Origin: an uncultured Elusimicrobia bacterium | GTDB lineage: Bacteria; Elusimicrobiota; Elusimicrobia; 2-01-FULL-59-12 | Reading direction: 5' to 3' | Length of the DNA stretch: 64,000 nucleotides | NCBI GenBank assembly: GCA_963702895.1 | Contig: OY969767.1 | Span: forward strand, 2,144,001-2,208,000 | Shown: piece after piece, positions 1-11,790 of the stretch | Numbering within the stretch: the first letter of the stretch is position 1 | Layout: every line of letters begins with the position of its first letter | Translations under genes and position numbers: made by a program | The notes under the pieces: model-generated | The model's database searches: none | Told to the model about the DNA's origin: nothing | What the model saw: the letters and a program-made list of their open reading frames with translations, nothing else

Positions 1-936
1 AATCCCCCAAAAACCGAACAGTTTGGCTCCAGCCATCAGGGAGAAGATGATGAGGACGGGATGCAGACGGACGGCTTTGCGCATCACCAGCGGCTGAATG
101 AACCAATCTTCGATAAAACGAACGGTCCCGCACACGGCGAGGACTTTGAGCACTCCCAGGAACGTTCCCCACTGAAACAAGGCAACCCCGCTGCCCAGGA
201 TAGCGCCGACGACCGGCCCTAAATACGGAACGATGTTCACAAATCCTACGAGCATCGCAATCTGGACAGCATAATCGAGCTCGATCACCCAGAACCCGGC
301 AAGGGCGATCGACCCCACCAAGAGAGCTTCTAGGCAGACGCCGCGGACATACTTCCCCAGTGAATTATCAATCTCCACCAGAAGCCCAAGAACCATTTCC
401 ACATAAGCGGACGGGACCCACTTCAGGACCAGGTCGCGAAAGCGGGGTCCCTCCTGGATCAAAAAGAAGCCGATAAAGGGAACAAGAAAAACAATTTCAA
501 GAATAGGAAAGATCCCCATCGCGAACGATGGCATGCGGCCCAAAATCTGACCCGGCCATTGTCTGCCATGAAGAGCCACATAGTCCACCAGCGTGCGATC
601 GAGCTTGGTGTTGGCCTGCCAATGCGCGAAGGCCTCGCTGCCTTTCTGGACATAGAGCGGCATATTGCGCGTAGCCTTTTCCGCTTCAAGGCCCGCCACC
701 GTCGCGAGTTTGTAGGCAAAAAGCGCGAAAAGTGTCATCAGCGTCACATACAGCACGATGACCACAGGCTGGCGCCGCAGACCCCGCACTTCAAAAAAAC
801 GAACGAGCGGGTTTAAGAGATAGGCGAGCACCGCGGCCAGAATAAAGGGCAACAAGATTGCTTGCACGCGGTAAAGAAGGTAGCCCAGGAAGGCAAAGGT
901 GATGGCGGGCAACGCTGTTCGTCCGGACCAACTCAA
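1..936 (-). CDS. AI-2E family transporter (3' end runs off the left edge)
   Basis: Manual translation from TTG at 936 (TTGA overlap with upstream stop) gives LLPFILAAVLAYLLNPLV...VRLHPVLIIFSLMAGAKLFGFWGI, typical AI-2E/PerM motifs; not in the ORF track because truncated. Confidence 0.85.
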   Translation of the reverse strand, partial: MSWSGRTALPAITFAFLGYLLYRVQAILLPFILAAVLAYLLNPLVRFFEVRGLRRQPVVIVLYVTLMTLFALFAYKLATVAGLEAEKATRNMPLYVQKGSEAFAHWQANTKLDRTLVDYVALHGRQWPGQILGRMPSFAMGIFPILEIVFLVPFIGFFLIQEGPRFRDLVLKWVPSAYVEMVLGLLVEIDNSLGKYVRGVCLEALLVGSIALAGFWVIELDYAVQIAMLVGFVNIVPYLGPVVGAILGSGVALFQWGTFLGVLKVLAVCGTVRFIEDWFIQPLVMRKAVRLHPVLIIFSLMAGAKLFGFWGI

Positions 937-1451
937 AGCGCTTCCTTCACCTTCACGGTGGAGACAATCGAGATCGGCGTGGTGTTCGTCATCGCCCGGA
1001 GGCGCGCGACCAAGAGCATCCCGAGATGCATCATAATGGCCGCGCCGACATGCGGCACGTGTTTGATCAGCTTTTCAAGCTCTGTTTTATAGAGCAGATG
1101 AACCTTCACGGGTTCCATCGCGGCGGCGGTGGCGCTGCGCGCGCACTCATCCAAGAGGGACATTTCGCCAAAATAGTCCCCCGGCTCAAGGACCGCAAGC
1201 ACAAGGAGATCTCCGGTGGGTGATTTCCTGGAGAGCTCCACACGTCCGGATTCCAGAATATAGAGCGCGCGGCCGATATCCCCCTCATGAAAGAGTATTT
1301 CACCTGGAGCGTACGTCCGGACCACCAGCGCCTGGAAGAGATGGCCAAATTCTCGGCGTGAAATGCCGTCGAAGAGAGAGACCCGCTGCAGGAACTTCCT
1401 TTTCCGGTTAAATTCGGGGTCGAGCCACGCGTCGCGTAACCACCTGATCAT
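933..1451 (-). CDS. Cyclic nucleotide-binding domain protein (no HTH)
   Basis: ILFHEGD...LYILESGRV...GDYFGEMSLL...RSATA cNMP-binding motif. Confidence 0.85.
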   Translation of the reverse strand: MIRWLRDAWLDPEFNRKRKFLQRVSLFDGISRREFGHLFQALVVRTYAPGEILFHEGDIGRALYILESGRVELSRKSPTGDLLVLAVLEPGDYFGEMSLLDECARSATAAAMEPVKVHLLYKTELEKLIKHVPHVGAAIMMHLGMLLVARLRAMTNTTPISIVSTVKVKEAL

Positions 1452-1540
1452 GGTTCGAGCTCCAGAAATCCGGCGCTCGTCCGCCTGGCCGTGTGGCGGA
1501 CGACACTGCTCACCATGACCCTGAGCGCTAACGAGGGTAC
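1449..1540. repeat. GGTTCGAC...CTCACCATG-type palindromic repeat interrupted by a double CGCC-N8-GGCG hairpin
   Basis: catggttcg[agctcc-agaaatcc-ggcgct-cg-tccgcc-tggccgtgt-ggcgga-cg]acactgctcaccatg. Confidence 0.6.
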
Positions 1541-1560
1541 CGAGTTAGCCGGGAATCTTC

Positions 1561-1653
1561 TGTTGACGTCACCCCGGAGGTCCGTTATCCGGGGTCCATC
1601 ATCGACGGCAAAGAATTGATGGATCCCCCCCTTACGACCGGGGGGGATGACGG
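1561..1653. repeat. REP-like GTCA...TGAC double palindrome
   Basis: Near-identical reverse complement at 28215-28307; related copies at 26720-26836, 30463-30578, 38332-38570. Confidence 0.85.
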
Positions 1654-1709
1654 TACAAAAAAGTCCCGACGTCTCAGTCGATAAAGAACGTTCAACAGAA
1701 CTTTTCCGG

Positions 1710-3964
<2,255 letters not shown>

Positions 3965-4220
3965 TCAGCCTAAATCACTCCGCCTTTACACCCTCCCCGT
4001 TGACTTTCCTATCATGGACAAGTTGCGCTGATTTCACTTCATCGTCATTGGTCTGTAACACGCGTCCGCTATGCTTCATACCAGAAGCAAAAGTTGGATG
4101 CGGGATCACACATTGGACATGGACGGCATCCAAGTCATATAATCTCTCGCTAAATAATAGTTTGAATGACTGGGCATAGATAGCATGCAAGAAATCTAAA
4201 AATACAAAAAGGAGATATTC

Positions 4221-4451
4221 ATGAAAAGATTCCTTCGAGTCCTGGCCGTGTTGTCACTGATTGTCACAATGGGTGGTGTTGGCATTAGCTCCGCGGATAC
4301 CTGTGATGAATTACAAGCGGCGGTTCAGGAGACAGAGACTGAGTATTGGGCCTGTATGGCGATATGGGGTTCATGGAGCGCTTGCATTAACCAAGATTAT
4401 GCGAGGATAATGGCCAAGCAAGCATATAATAATAGTCCGTGCATGTATTGA
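4221..4451 (+). CDS. Small secreted 4-Cys protein of unknown function
   Basis: AAGGAG RBS, MKRFLRVLAVLSLIV...ISSA signal peptide, downstream hairpin, AT-rich context. Confidence 0.7.
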   Translation: MKRFLRVLAVLSLIVTMGGVGISSADTCDELQAAVQETETEYWACMAIWGSWSACINQDYARIMAKQAYNNSPCMY

Positions 4452-4478
4452 AGAGTTAACCTGGTAAACGGTTGGCTT

Positions 4479-4516
4479 AGCCCCTCGGGTTTGCCTAAGG
4501 CATCCTCGAGGGGCTG
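4479..4516 (+). terminator. Stem-loop downstream of the small Cys protein
   Basis: agcccctcggg...ctcgaggggct inverted repeat followed by ggtttgt. Confidence 0.4.
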
Positions 4517-4720
4517 GTTTGTGCGAGAGTTTGATGGCCGTGCCGTAAGCTGGAGAAGGACCTCGTGTGGTGATTCCAACGTAGCTTTATTTATACGGGA
4601 GCGATTTTGGCCAGCGTCAAGGCGCGACGAGCGAGTCCGCCACCGATTCAATGGCGGATAAGCTCAGCACCTGTAAATCACAAGAACCCTCCTTCGAAGA
4701 AATTGTAAAATCCTTCAGCT

Positions 4721-4933
4721 ATGGCTTCGAAGGCGAATCCGTTTCAGATGGATAGAACTGCCTTTTCTGTGGCATCGCTTGAGAACCCATCGGACGAACC
4801 CTCGTACTGGTTCTCACGGTCACCTTTGGAACGCCTGGCCGTCGTGGAATTTCTACGACAATTAAACTATGGACCTTCATCTACCTCCCGACTTCAAAGA
4901 ATTTTTGAGATTGTTCAACGCCCACCGCGTTGA
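4721..4933 (+). CDS. Small conserved protein paired with a nucleotidyltransferase (TA-like partner)
   Basis: YWFSRSPLERLAVVEFLRQ...RLQR motif; overlaps the downstream NTase gene. Confidence 0.6.
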   Translation: MASKANPFQMDRTAFSVASLENPSDEPSYWFSRSPLERLAVVEFLRQLNYGPSSTSRLQRIFEIVQRPPR

Positions 4934-5318
4934 CTATCTGCTCATTGGCGGTTATGCGGTCGCTTATCATGGGTATCCGCGAGCGACGGCGGATATGGAT
5001 ATTTGGATCGCTGTAAATTCTCGAAACGCGCAGCAGGTCGTTAGTGCCCTAAAGGAATTTGGATTTCATCCTCCGGAATTGTCCGCCGACACCTTCTTAA
5101 AAGAGGGCCAGGTGATTCGAATGGGCGTTCCACCCGTTCGCATCGAATTGCTGACAAGCATTTCAGGCGTTCGTTTCCAGGAATGTTTCGCCGCCAAAAC
5201 CCTGGCCAACGTAGAGGGGATAGACATTCCGATTATTAATCTCGCCCATTTAAAAGCCAACAAAAAGAAAGCCGCTCGACATAAAGACCTGAACGACCTG
5301 GAAAATCTTCCTCCCTGA
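4869..5318 (+). CDS. Nucleotidyltransferase-fold protein (DUF6036/MNT-like)
   Basis: YLLIGGYAVAYHGYPRATADMDIW, KKKAARHKDLND. Confidence 0.85.
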   Translation: MDLHLPPDFKEFLRLFNAHRVDYLLIGGYAVAYHGYPRATADMDIWIAVNSRNAQQVVSALKEFGFHPPELSADTFLKEGQVIRMGVPPVRIELLTSISGVRFQECFAAKTLANVEGIDIPIINLAHLKANKKKAARHKDLNDLENLPP

Positions 5319-5464
5319 CTTTAGAACTTACAGAGTAGCTCGTGGGGTGATTCCCATCAAATAACTCGACGAAATATGGGGGGGTTTGGGGACGATGCTT
5401 CCTTTCTTCCTCTCAAGACCGTTGTGAGAGAAACTCCCTCCCCCTCCCCGCCCAAACTCATTGC

Positions 5465-6754
5465 TTGTTGTTCAGGGTACCTTCCGCGGAATTTTCCTAT
5501 ACTTTCTCCCACGTCCATGTTCCGAATCCGAGAAACATACGGGGCAGTCTCTTGAACGATCCCTTTGACATCCTGGTCATCGGCGGCGGGATCGTGGGTG
5601 TTGCCACAGCGCGCGCGATCCTGCAGCGCAAGCCCAAAATCCGTCTTGCCCTCCTCGAGAAAGAGCCGCGCCTGGCCGAGCACACGAGCGGCCGCAACAG
5701 TGGCGTCCTCCATGCCGGATACAACCAAAAGCCCGCGACCCTGAAGGCGCGGCTTTGCGTGACGGGCAACCGCCTGATGCAGGACTTCTGTCGAACCCAC
5801 CACCTGCCCCTCCTGAACAACGGCATCCTCGTGGTCGCGCGAAAACCCGAAGAGATCGAGACGCTCCAAGAGCTTCATGCGCGCGGCGTCGCAAACGCTG
5901 TCCCGGGACTGGAGCTCATCGACCGGAAGGAACTCGAACACCGGGAGCCCCGTGTCACGGGACTTCGGGCGCTCTGGGCGCCGAGCGGCGCGTCCATTGA
6001 CGCGCCGGCCGTCGTGCGGCGTCTGGCCGAAGACGTACGGGCCCGCGGCGGGGTGATCTTCCTTAAGGAAGAGGCCCGTGACATCGCGCGAACTTCGAGC
6101 GGATTCATCGTTGAGACCACCACGGGGACCTTCGCCAGCACCTTCATCGTGAACTGCGCCGGCTTGCAGGCGGACAGGATCGCGCACAAGATGGGGGCGG
6201 GCCGGGACTTTATGATCGTACCGTTCCGGGGCGAATACTACCTCCTCAAGGACGCTCTGAAAAGCCCCGTGGACGCCATGATTTACCCTGTGCCGGACCT
6301 GCGATTTCCCTTCCTCGGCATCCATTGGACCAAGACGGTCCATGGCGAATTCAAGGTGGGGCCCAACGCGATCCTTGCATTTGGCAGGGAGTCTTATCGA
6401 TTCAGCGATATCCGCCCGCTGGACTGTCTGGAATGGTTCAGGCGGCCGGCCTTTTGGAGAATGCTCGGCCAGCCGGAGTTCCGGCGCCTCTTGCGCGAGC
6501 AGGCGGGAACATCGCTGAGCCCGCGGCGCTTTCTCGAAAAGGCGGCCGCTTTTGTCGAGGGCGTCACCTGGCGTGATTTTCAGCGCGGGCCCGCCGGGAT
6601 TCGCGCGCAGCTCGTGGACCGCCAAGGCCGCATGGTCGATGACCTCCTCATCGAAGAGCAAAACAGCGCTCTCCACGTGTTGAACGCCGTCTCTCCCGGC
6701 CTCACCTGCTCGCTCGCGTTTGCGGAGTACTTAGCTGAAAAAGTGGCCGTCTAA
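5465..6754 (+). CDS. lhgO: L-2-hydroxyglutarate oxidase-like FAD oxidoreductase (start uncertain, possibly TTG ~5552)
   Basis: IGGGIVG, HTSGRNSGVLHAG, PFRGEYY, IYPVPD..FPFLGIH, GIRAQ, NAVSPGLT. Confidence 0.85.
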   Translation: MLFRVPSAEFSYTFSHVHVPNPRNIRGSLLNDPFDILVIGGGIVGVATARAILQRKPKIRLALLEKEPRLAEHTSGRNSGVLHAGYNQKPATLKARLCVTGNRLMQDFCRTHHLPLLNNGILVVARKPEEIETLQELHARGVANAVPGLELIDRKELEHREPRVTGLRALWAPSGASIDAPAVVRRLAEDVRARGGVIFLKEEARDIARTSSGFIVETTTGTFASTFIVNCAGLQADRIAHKMGAGRDFMIVPFRGEYYLLKDALKSPVDAMIYPVPDLRFPFLGIHWTKTVHGEFKVGPNAILAFGRESYRFSDIRPLDCLEWFRRPAFWRMLGQPEFRRLLREQAGTSLSPRRFLEKAAAFVEGVTWRDFQRGPAGIRAQLVDRQGRMVDDLLIEEQNSALHVLNAVSPGLTCSLAFAEYLAEKVAV

Positions 6755-8073
6755 GTACGAATAGAAGAGGCGTGCCACGCCGCCGTTGTCCTGAGCAAAA
6801 TCTGAAGATCCTCTTCATGATGGTCCGAACTGACGCTGAAGCGGAGGCGGCATTGGCCGGCGCGCACGGTCGGTGGCCTAATCGCCGGAGCATACATCCC
6901 ATGTTCCTTCAGGTGTGCCGCAAAGCGGAGCGCCCTCTCCGGACTCCCGAGAAGAATCGGGACAATCTGGCTTTTTGAAGAAAGCGTGTCCCAGCCCTGT
7001 TCGCGCAGGCCATCGCGGAGTTTCTTTGAAAGCTCATACAGCTTGCGCCGCGGCGCCGGGTCCTCCTGCGCGATGATCAAAGCGGTCCGAGCGGCCGCGG
7101 CGCAGACGGGCGAGAGCCCGGTGGTGTAGATGAACGATCGCGCTTTGTTGACGAGGAGCTCAATCGTGCTCTTGGAAGCAGCCACAAAGCCCCCCTGGCT
7201 GCCGAGCGCCTTGGAGAGAGTGCCGACGACGATGACCGTATCGGAGTGTCGGAGTATCGGGGTAACGGGGTGTCGGGGTATCGGGGTAACGGCGTGGATG
7301 TTACTCCGGTACTCCGGTACTCCGGTACTCCGATACTCCGATACACCTATGCGCCGGTTCGCTGGCTCGTGCATTTGACATGTCGCCGGTTCTCCGGTTC
7401 GCCGGTGCGCCGGTTCGAACAGTAGACCCCTCCCGTCCTCGCCCCACACGGCAATCGCGTGCGCTTCATCGATGAGCGAGATGGCGTTGTATGTTTTGGC
7501 CACGGTTAGAAGCTCATTCAACGGCGCGAAGTCCCCGTCCATCGAAAAGAGGCTTTCGGTGACCAGAAGCCGGCGCCGGTAGGATGCCGCGCGCATGAGC
7601 GCCGCCTCCGCGGATGCTGGATCGGCGTGCTTATAGACGAAGAGGCGGGCCCCGGAGAGCAGCGCGGCGTCGATGAGGGAGGCGTGGCAAAGCCGGTCCA
7701 TGACGATGGCGTCTCCCGGACCCACGAGGGAGCTCACCACGCCGACGTTCGCCTGGTAGCCCGTGGGAAAGAGGAGCGCCGCTTCCGTGCCGAGATAAGC
7801 AGCGAGCTCATTTTCGAGGTCCTGATGCAGAAGGGTCGTGCCGCTGATGAGGCGCGAGGAGGTCGCGCCGACTCCCCAATGATCGAGCGCCGCCTTGGCC
7901 GCTTCCACCACTCGAGGATGGCGGGCGAGTCCCAGGTAATTGTTGGAGGAGAAATTGACGTAAGTTTTGCCGTCGATCGTGACGCGGCTGCCTTCCGCCC
8001 GGCTCACGGGATGAAGCTCTCGCCTTAAAGATTGTTCATCGAGCGTGGCAAGTTCTTGCTCAAAGGTTGTCAT
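6751..8073 (-). CDS. bioF: 8-amino-7-oxononanoate synthase, with ~55-aa in-frame repeat insertion
   Basis: NFSSNNYLGL, GYQAN, DRLCHASLID, ESLFSMDGD, DEAH, GTLSKALG, AIRPPTV; ATGA overlap at 8070-8073. Confidence 0.93.
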   Translation of the reverse strand: MTTFEQELATLDEQSLRRELHPVSRAEGSRVTIDGKTYVNFSSNNYLGLARHPRVVEAAKAALDHWGVGATSSRLISGTTLLHQDLENELAAYLGTEAALLFPTGYQANVGVVSSLVGPGDAIVMDRLCHASLIDAALLSGARLFVYKHADPASAEAALMRAASYRRRLLVTESLFSMDGDFAPLNELLTVAKTYNAISLIDEAHAIAVWGEDGRGLLFEPAHRRTGEPATCQMHEPANRRIGVSEYRSTGVPEYRSNIHAVTPIPRHPVTPILRHSDTVIVVGTLSKALGSQGGFVAASKSTIELLVNKARSFIYTTGLSPVCAAAARTALIIAQEDPAPRRKLYELSKKLRDGLREQGWDTLSSKSQIVPILLGSPERALRFAAHLKEHGMYAPAIRPPTVRAGQCRLRFSVSSDHHEEDLQILLRTTAAWHASSIRT

Positions 8074-9272
8074 GGGCGCGAGACCACGAGCGCCCCGATC
8101 GGTCCCCCGAAACCAAAGGAGAGAGAAAGAGCGTGTTGAAAGGCGGCCGCGTGGCCATGCCGAGGCGTGTAATCGAGCGGGCAATCGGGGTCCGGATCTT
8201 CCAACGTCGCGGTGGGCGGGACAAATTGCTCCTGGAGTGCAAGGACCGTGAAGATGAGCTCGACCGCGCCCGAAGCGCCCAGCAAGTGGCCGGTGCTCGC
8301 CTTGGTTGCGGAGATCATCAGCTTGGAAGCATGCGGTCCAAAGGACTTCGTTAGCGCCTGGGTCTCAATCCAGTCGTTATGGCGGGTCGCGGTGCCGTGG
8401 GCGTTCACGTGCAGAATATCCCGGGGCAAGAGCTCCGCGGCTTGAACAGCCTGCTCAATCACGCCGGAGATTTTCCCCCCCTGCGAGTTGAAGGCGAAAG
8501 CGCTGTGACTGTCCGATCCCAGAGCTCGACCGGAAAGGACAGCCTGGGGACGCGCGCCCCGGTTCCGGGCATGCTGTTCCGATTCCAGAACGAGGATTCC
8601 CGCGCCTTCTCCAAAGGTGAAGCCGGACCGGCGCCGGTCAAAGGGGCGGGTCACGCCATCGGAGCTCATGACCCCCATTTGATGGAAGCCCGCTTCGACG
8701 AGCGGGTGCGGATAAGGTTCGACAGAGCCGGCCAGCACAAGATCACAGAGCCCCTGTTCAATCCAGGAGGCGGCAATGGCGACCGAATAAACACCAGTCG
8801 CGCAGGCAGCGATCACATTGCGGCTTTCGCCCCGCAGGCCAAACCTTTGGCGAACAAAATCATTGATCACGTCCGGCGACTCGGGGATGTCTCCTCGAAA
8901 GAGCGGCTTGGAGGCGCTCACAGTCGAGCCAAAGCGATCTGGGTCAAGGCATGAAGACAGCCCTGGGGACTGTCCCTCGGACGAAAGAAGTCCTGCCTCT
9001 CGAAGCGCTTCGAGACTCGCCTGTTCCGAAAGCCCTGTGGCGCGGAGCAACCCATTCACGCCCCTTCTCCCGACCAGCGTGTCGGGAGAAGGTTGGGATG
9101 AGGGCACATTGGACTTGTCCTCACCCGGTCGCCAGACCTCTGGCGACCGCCCTCTTCCATGCTTCGCACGGGAGAGGGAAGGTGCTTGAGTCAGGCTTTC
9201 CCAATTCGCCTGGACGCCTTCCCCCAGCGAGGTGGAGAGCCCCATCCCCGTGATGAGGAAACGCGGCTTCAC
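8070..9272 (-). CDS. Beta-ketoacyl-ACP synthase II-like protein, with in-frame repeat insertion
   Basis: Cys-His-His triad AACATG, NAHGTAT, TGHLLGASG; SFGFGG. Confidence 0.85.
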   Translation of the reverse strand: MKPRFLITGMGLSTSLGEGVQANWESLTQAPSLSRAKHGRGRSPEVWRPGEDKSNVPSSQPSPDTLVGRRGVNGLLRATGLSEQASLEALREAGLLSSEGQSPGLSSCLDPDRFGSTVSASKPLFRGDIPESPDVINDFVRQRFGLRGESRNVIAACATGVYSVAIAASWIEQGLCDLVLAGSVEPYPHPLVEAGFHQMGVMSSDGVTRPFDRRRSGFTFGEGAGILVLESEQHARNRGARPQAVLSGRALGSDSHSAFAFNSQGGKISGVIEQAVQAAELLPRDILHVNAHGTATRHNDWIETQALTKSFGPHASKLMISATKASTGHLLGASGAVELIFTVLALQEQFVPPTATLEDPDPDCPLDYTPRHGHAAAFQHALSLSFGFGGPIGALVVSRP

Positions 9273-10019
9273 CTACACCACCCGGGAATCGACGTTGAAG
9301 ACCTGCCCCGAAACGCTGGGATTTTGTGCGAGCTCCAGGACCACGCGGCAAAGGTCTTCGATCCGGGTGCTTTCTCCCAGGACATGCTCTTCGATCACCT
9401 GTTGCTTATGTTCCTTGGGAAGGGCCGCGGACATATCGGTCTCATGATAGCCGGGGAGAACGGCGTTCACCGTGATGTGGAAACGCCCCAGCTCTCGGGC
9501 GGCCGCCTTGGTGAGCGCGATGAGCCCCGCCTTGGAGGCCGCGTAGTTCGCGTTTCCAAACCCGGGCTTAAGCGCCATGAGGGAGGCGATATTGATAATG
9601 TGGCCCGCGTGCTCCTTGGACATGAGGCGCGCCGCCTCGCGCAGGCACCAGAAGGCGCCGGAGAGATTGACCTCGATCACATCGTTCCACTCGGCGTTCG
9701 TCATTTTGAGGATCGTGCGGTCCCTCGTGAGACCGGCGTTATTCACCAGGACATCCAGGCGCTTCCACCGCACGACCATGGCGTCCACCATCTGGCGGAC
9801 CTTGATGGAGTCGCGAACGTCGCAAATGAAAACTTCCGCTTCCTTGTTCCCCATCTCGAAGATTTCCTGGACGACGGCCTCCGCCTTGGCCTTCTCCTTA
9901 TGACAATGGACTCCCACAGCGTAGCCCGCTTTGGCGAAGGCGAGTGCCAGCGCCCGGCCGATGCCACGGGAAGCTCCTGTGATCAGGGCCGTCCGACGTG
10001 CGACGTCCGACGTCTTCAT
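9273..10019 (-). CDS. fabG: 3-oxoacyl-ACP reductase (FabG-like SDR)
   Basis: TGASRGIG, VNNAG, NYAASKAG. Confidence 0.8.
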   Translation of the reverse strand: MKTSDVARRTALITGASRGIGRALALAFAKAGYAVGVHCHKEKAKAEAVVQEIFEMGNKEAEVFICDVRDSIKVRQMVDAMVVRWKRLDVLVNNAGLTRDRTILKMTNAEWNDVIEVNLSGAFWCLREAARLMSKEHAGHIINIASLMALKPGFGNANYAASKAGLIALTKAAARELGRFHITVNAVLPGYHETDMSAALPKEHKQQVIEEHVLGESTRIEDLCRVVLELAQNPSVSGQVFNVDSRVV

Positions 10020-11047
10020 TTCAATTGGACCTCCGGCACTTGACTCGCGGCCTCGGACCTCGGACGTCGGACGGAGTCGCTTTCTATCTCAAACCCCATA
10101 TCTCTGATCATTTGAAGGTCCTCCTCTGCTGATTGTCCTTTGGTGGTCAGGTAATCACCGATAAAGATCGAATTGGCCACGTAGAGCCCCAGGCTTTGGA
10201 GCGATCGCAAATGCAGCTCGCGGCCGCCGGAAATGCGCAGAGACGCTTGAGGACTCAGGAAGCGGTACAGGCACAGAACATTCAGGCAGCGCGTGGGCGA
10301 GAGCTCATAGCGATCCGCGAGCGGCGTTCCGGGGATGGGCATCAAGAAATTCACCGGCAAAGATTCCACCTTCATGTCCCGCAGGGCGTACCCCAGGTCG
10401 ATGATGTCCTCCTGAGACTGTCCCATGCCGATGAGCGCGCCGCTGCAGGCGGACAGACCCGCCTGCTGGGCTTTTTCCACCGTCTTCATGCGGTCTTCGT
10501 AGGTATGCGTCGCGCAGATCTCGCCGTAGTGTCGCTTACTCGTATTGAGATTGTGGTTCATGGCAAAGACACCGGCAGCTTGGAGCTTTTCGGCTTGACC
10601 CTCCGACAACAGCCCCAGACAGGCGCAGATTTCAAGCTGAGGAAACTTGATGCGGACCGCGCGGACGTTCGTCACGAACTGGTCGAGCTCCTGGTCCGTG
10701 GGGCCGCGTCCCGAAGCGACCATGCAGAAACGTCCTGCGTGGGCAGCGATCGCTCGCTCGGCCATTTTCAGGGTTTCTTCAACAGACTTCATCGGGTACT
10801 TTTCGATCGGGGCGCTTGAGACTTTGGACTGGGAGCAGTAGTGGCAGTCTTCGGAGCATAGGCCGCTTTTCGCATTAAAGAGGTAGTTCAGGCGCACCCG
10901 GTTGCCGAAATAATGCCGCCGCACCTCATAGGCCGCCGCCACGAGCCGTATCGTTTCGGACGCCGGCGCTTCTAAGACCGCGCGGCATTCTTCGCGGTTG
11001 AGGACTTCGCCTTCGAGCGTCTTCGCGGAAAGCAGATTCCAATTCAT
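10016..11047 (-). CDS. bioB: Biotin synthase (radical SAM)
   Basis: CSEDCHYCSQS, NHNLNTS, CSG..GMG, SLPVNFL.PI.GTPL, GGRE, DYLTT. Confidence 0.95.
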   Translation of the reverse strand: MNWNLLSAKTLEGEVLNREECRAVLEAPASETIRLVAAAYEVRRHYFGNRVRLNYLFNAKSGLCSEDCHYCSQSKVSSAPIEKYPMKSVEETLKMAERAIAAHAGRFCMVASGRGPTDQELDQFVTNVRAVRIKFPQLEICACLGLLSEGQAEKLQAAGVFAMNHNLNTSKRHYGEICATHTYEDRMKTVEKAQQAGLSACSGALIGMGQSQEDIIDLGYALRDMKVESLPVNFLMPIPGTPLADRYELSPTRCLNVLCLYRFLSPQASLRISGGRELHLRSLQSLGLYVANSIFIGDYLTTKGQSAEEDLQMIRDMGFEIESDSVRRPRSEAASQVPEVQLK

Positions 11048-11078
11048 GAGAGTTGCCCTTTCTTGGATGGCCTGATTT

Positions 11079-11110
11079 GGTTAACCCATTATAGGTCTTC
11101 TCGGTTGACA
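11079..11110. promoter_or_regulatory. Putative BirA-type operator overlapping the bioB -10
   Basis: Minus strand TGTCAACC-N16-GGTTAACC with TATAAT in the spacer, ~30 bp upstream of bioB. Confidence 0.6.
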
Positions 11111-11179
11111 GCACCAACCTGGGGATGTCCCCAAGACATAATGTCACTGAATGGCTAGAACCCTGATACACTGTCATGT

Positions 11180-11701
11180 ATGAAGAGCAAGATGGGAAGA
11201 CCCCGCCTGACGAAATCCGCCAGTCCCAAACCGACATTGAATTCCGCCCTCGATCAGGACTACCCGGCGCGCCTAGCAGAATTGGAAGCGGAGCTCCGGC
11301 TCCATGCAGCACGCCAACACACAGAACAACCGCTCAAAGCCATCGGGGACTTGGAGGAGGCGGTGATTGATCGGGAAAAAGTCCTTCAATTCGTACTCGG
11401 GCCCTCAGTCTATGCCGCTGGACATGCCGACGTGATCTATGCCGGTTCCAACCACGCCCGCGGTGTGCGTCATATCCGGTTTTATGCAGCCGGAAAGACG
11501 GTTCTCGACATCGAAGGCGATTTCGAGAATCAGCAGTTCGGGACCAACTTCCGCTTCCAGAACATGGACCTCTACCTCCCAGGGGAATGGGAAAGGGATT
11601 TCCGGGTGCTCACAGACCAGCTGCGCCAGCATACCGCCCGGCGGAGACAGGCCTTCAGGAAGCGGCGCGACGCTGAGCACGCCCGCCTCCGCCGCCGATA
11701 A
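11180..11701 (+). CDS. Hypothetical protein
   Basis: 173-aa ORF; TGnTACACT extended -10 seven nt upstream of ATG. Confidence 0.6.
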   Translation: MKSKMGRPRLTKSASPKPTLNSALDQDYPARLAELEAELRLHAARQHTEQPLKAIGDLEEAVIDREKVLQFVLGPSVYAAGHADVIYAGSNHARGVRHIRFYAAGKTVLDIEGDFENQQFGTNFRFQNMDLYLPGEWERDFRVLTDQLRQHTARRRQAFRKRRDAEHARLRRR

Positions 11702-11790
11702 ATTCGCATGGCTGTTGGTGCTTGTGTTGAACACAGGCGACAAACCAGGACCCGACCACCACAACATTCATAAGCTATACTCAAATCGAT

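Noticed and set aside
7238..7417. In-frame inserts interpreted as inteins or introns
   Set aside because: Too short, no Cys/Ser...His-Asn splice motifs or group I/II intron features; the DNA is simple repeat or palindrome
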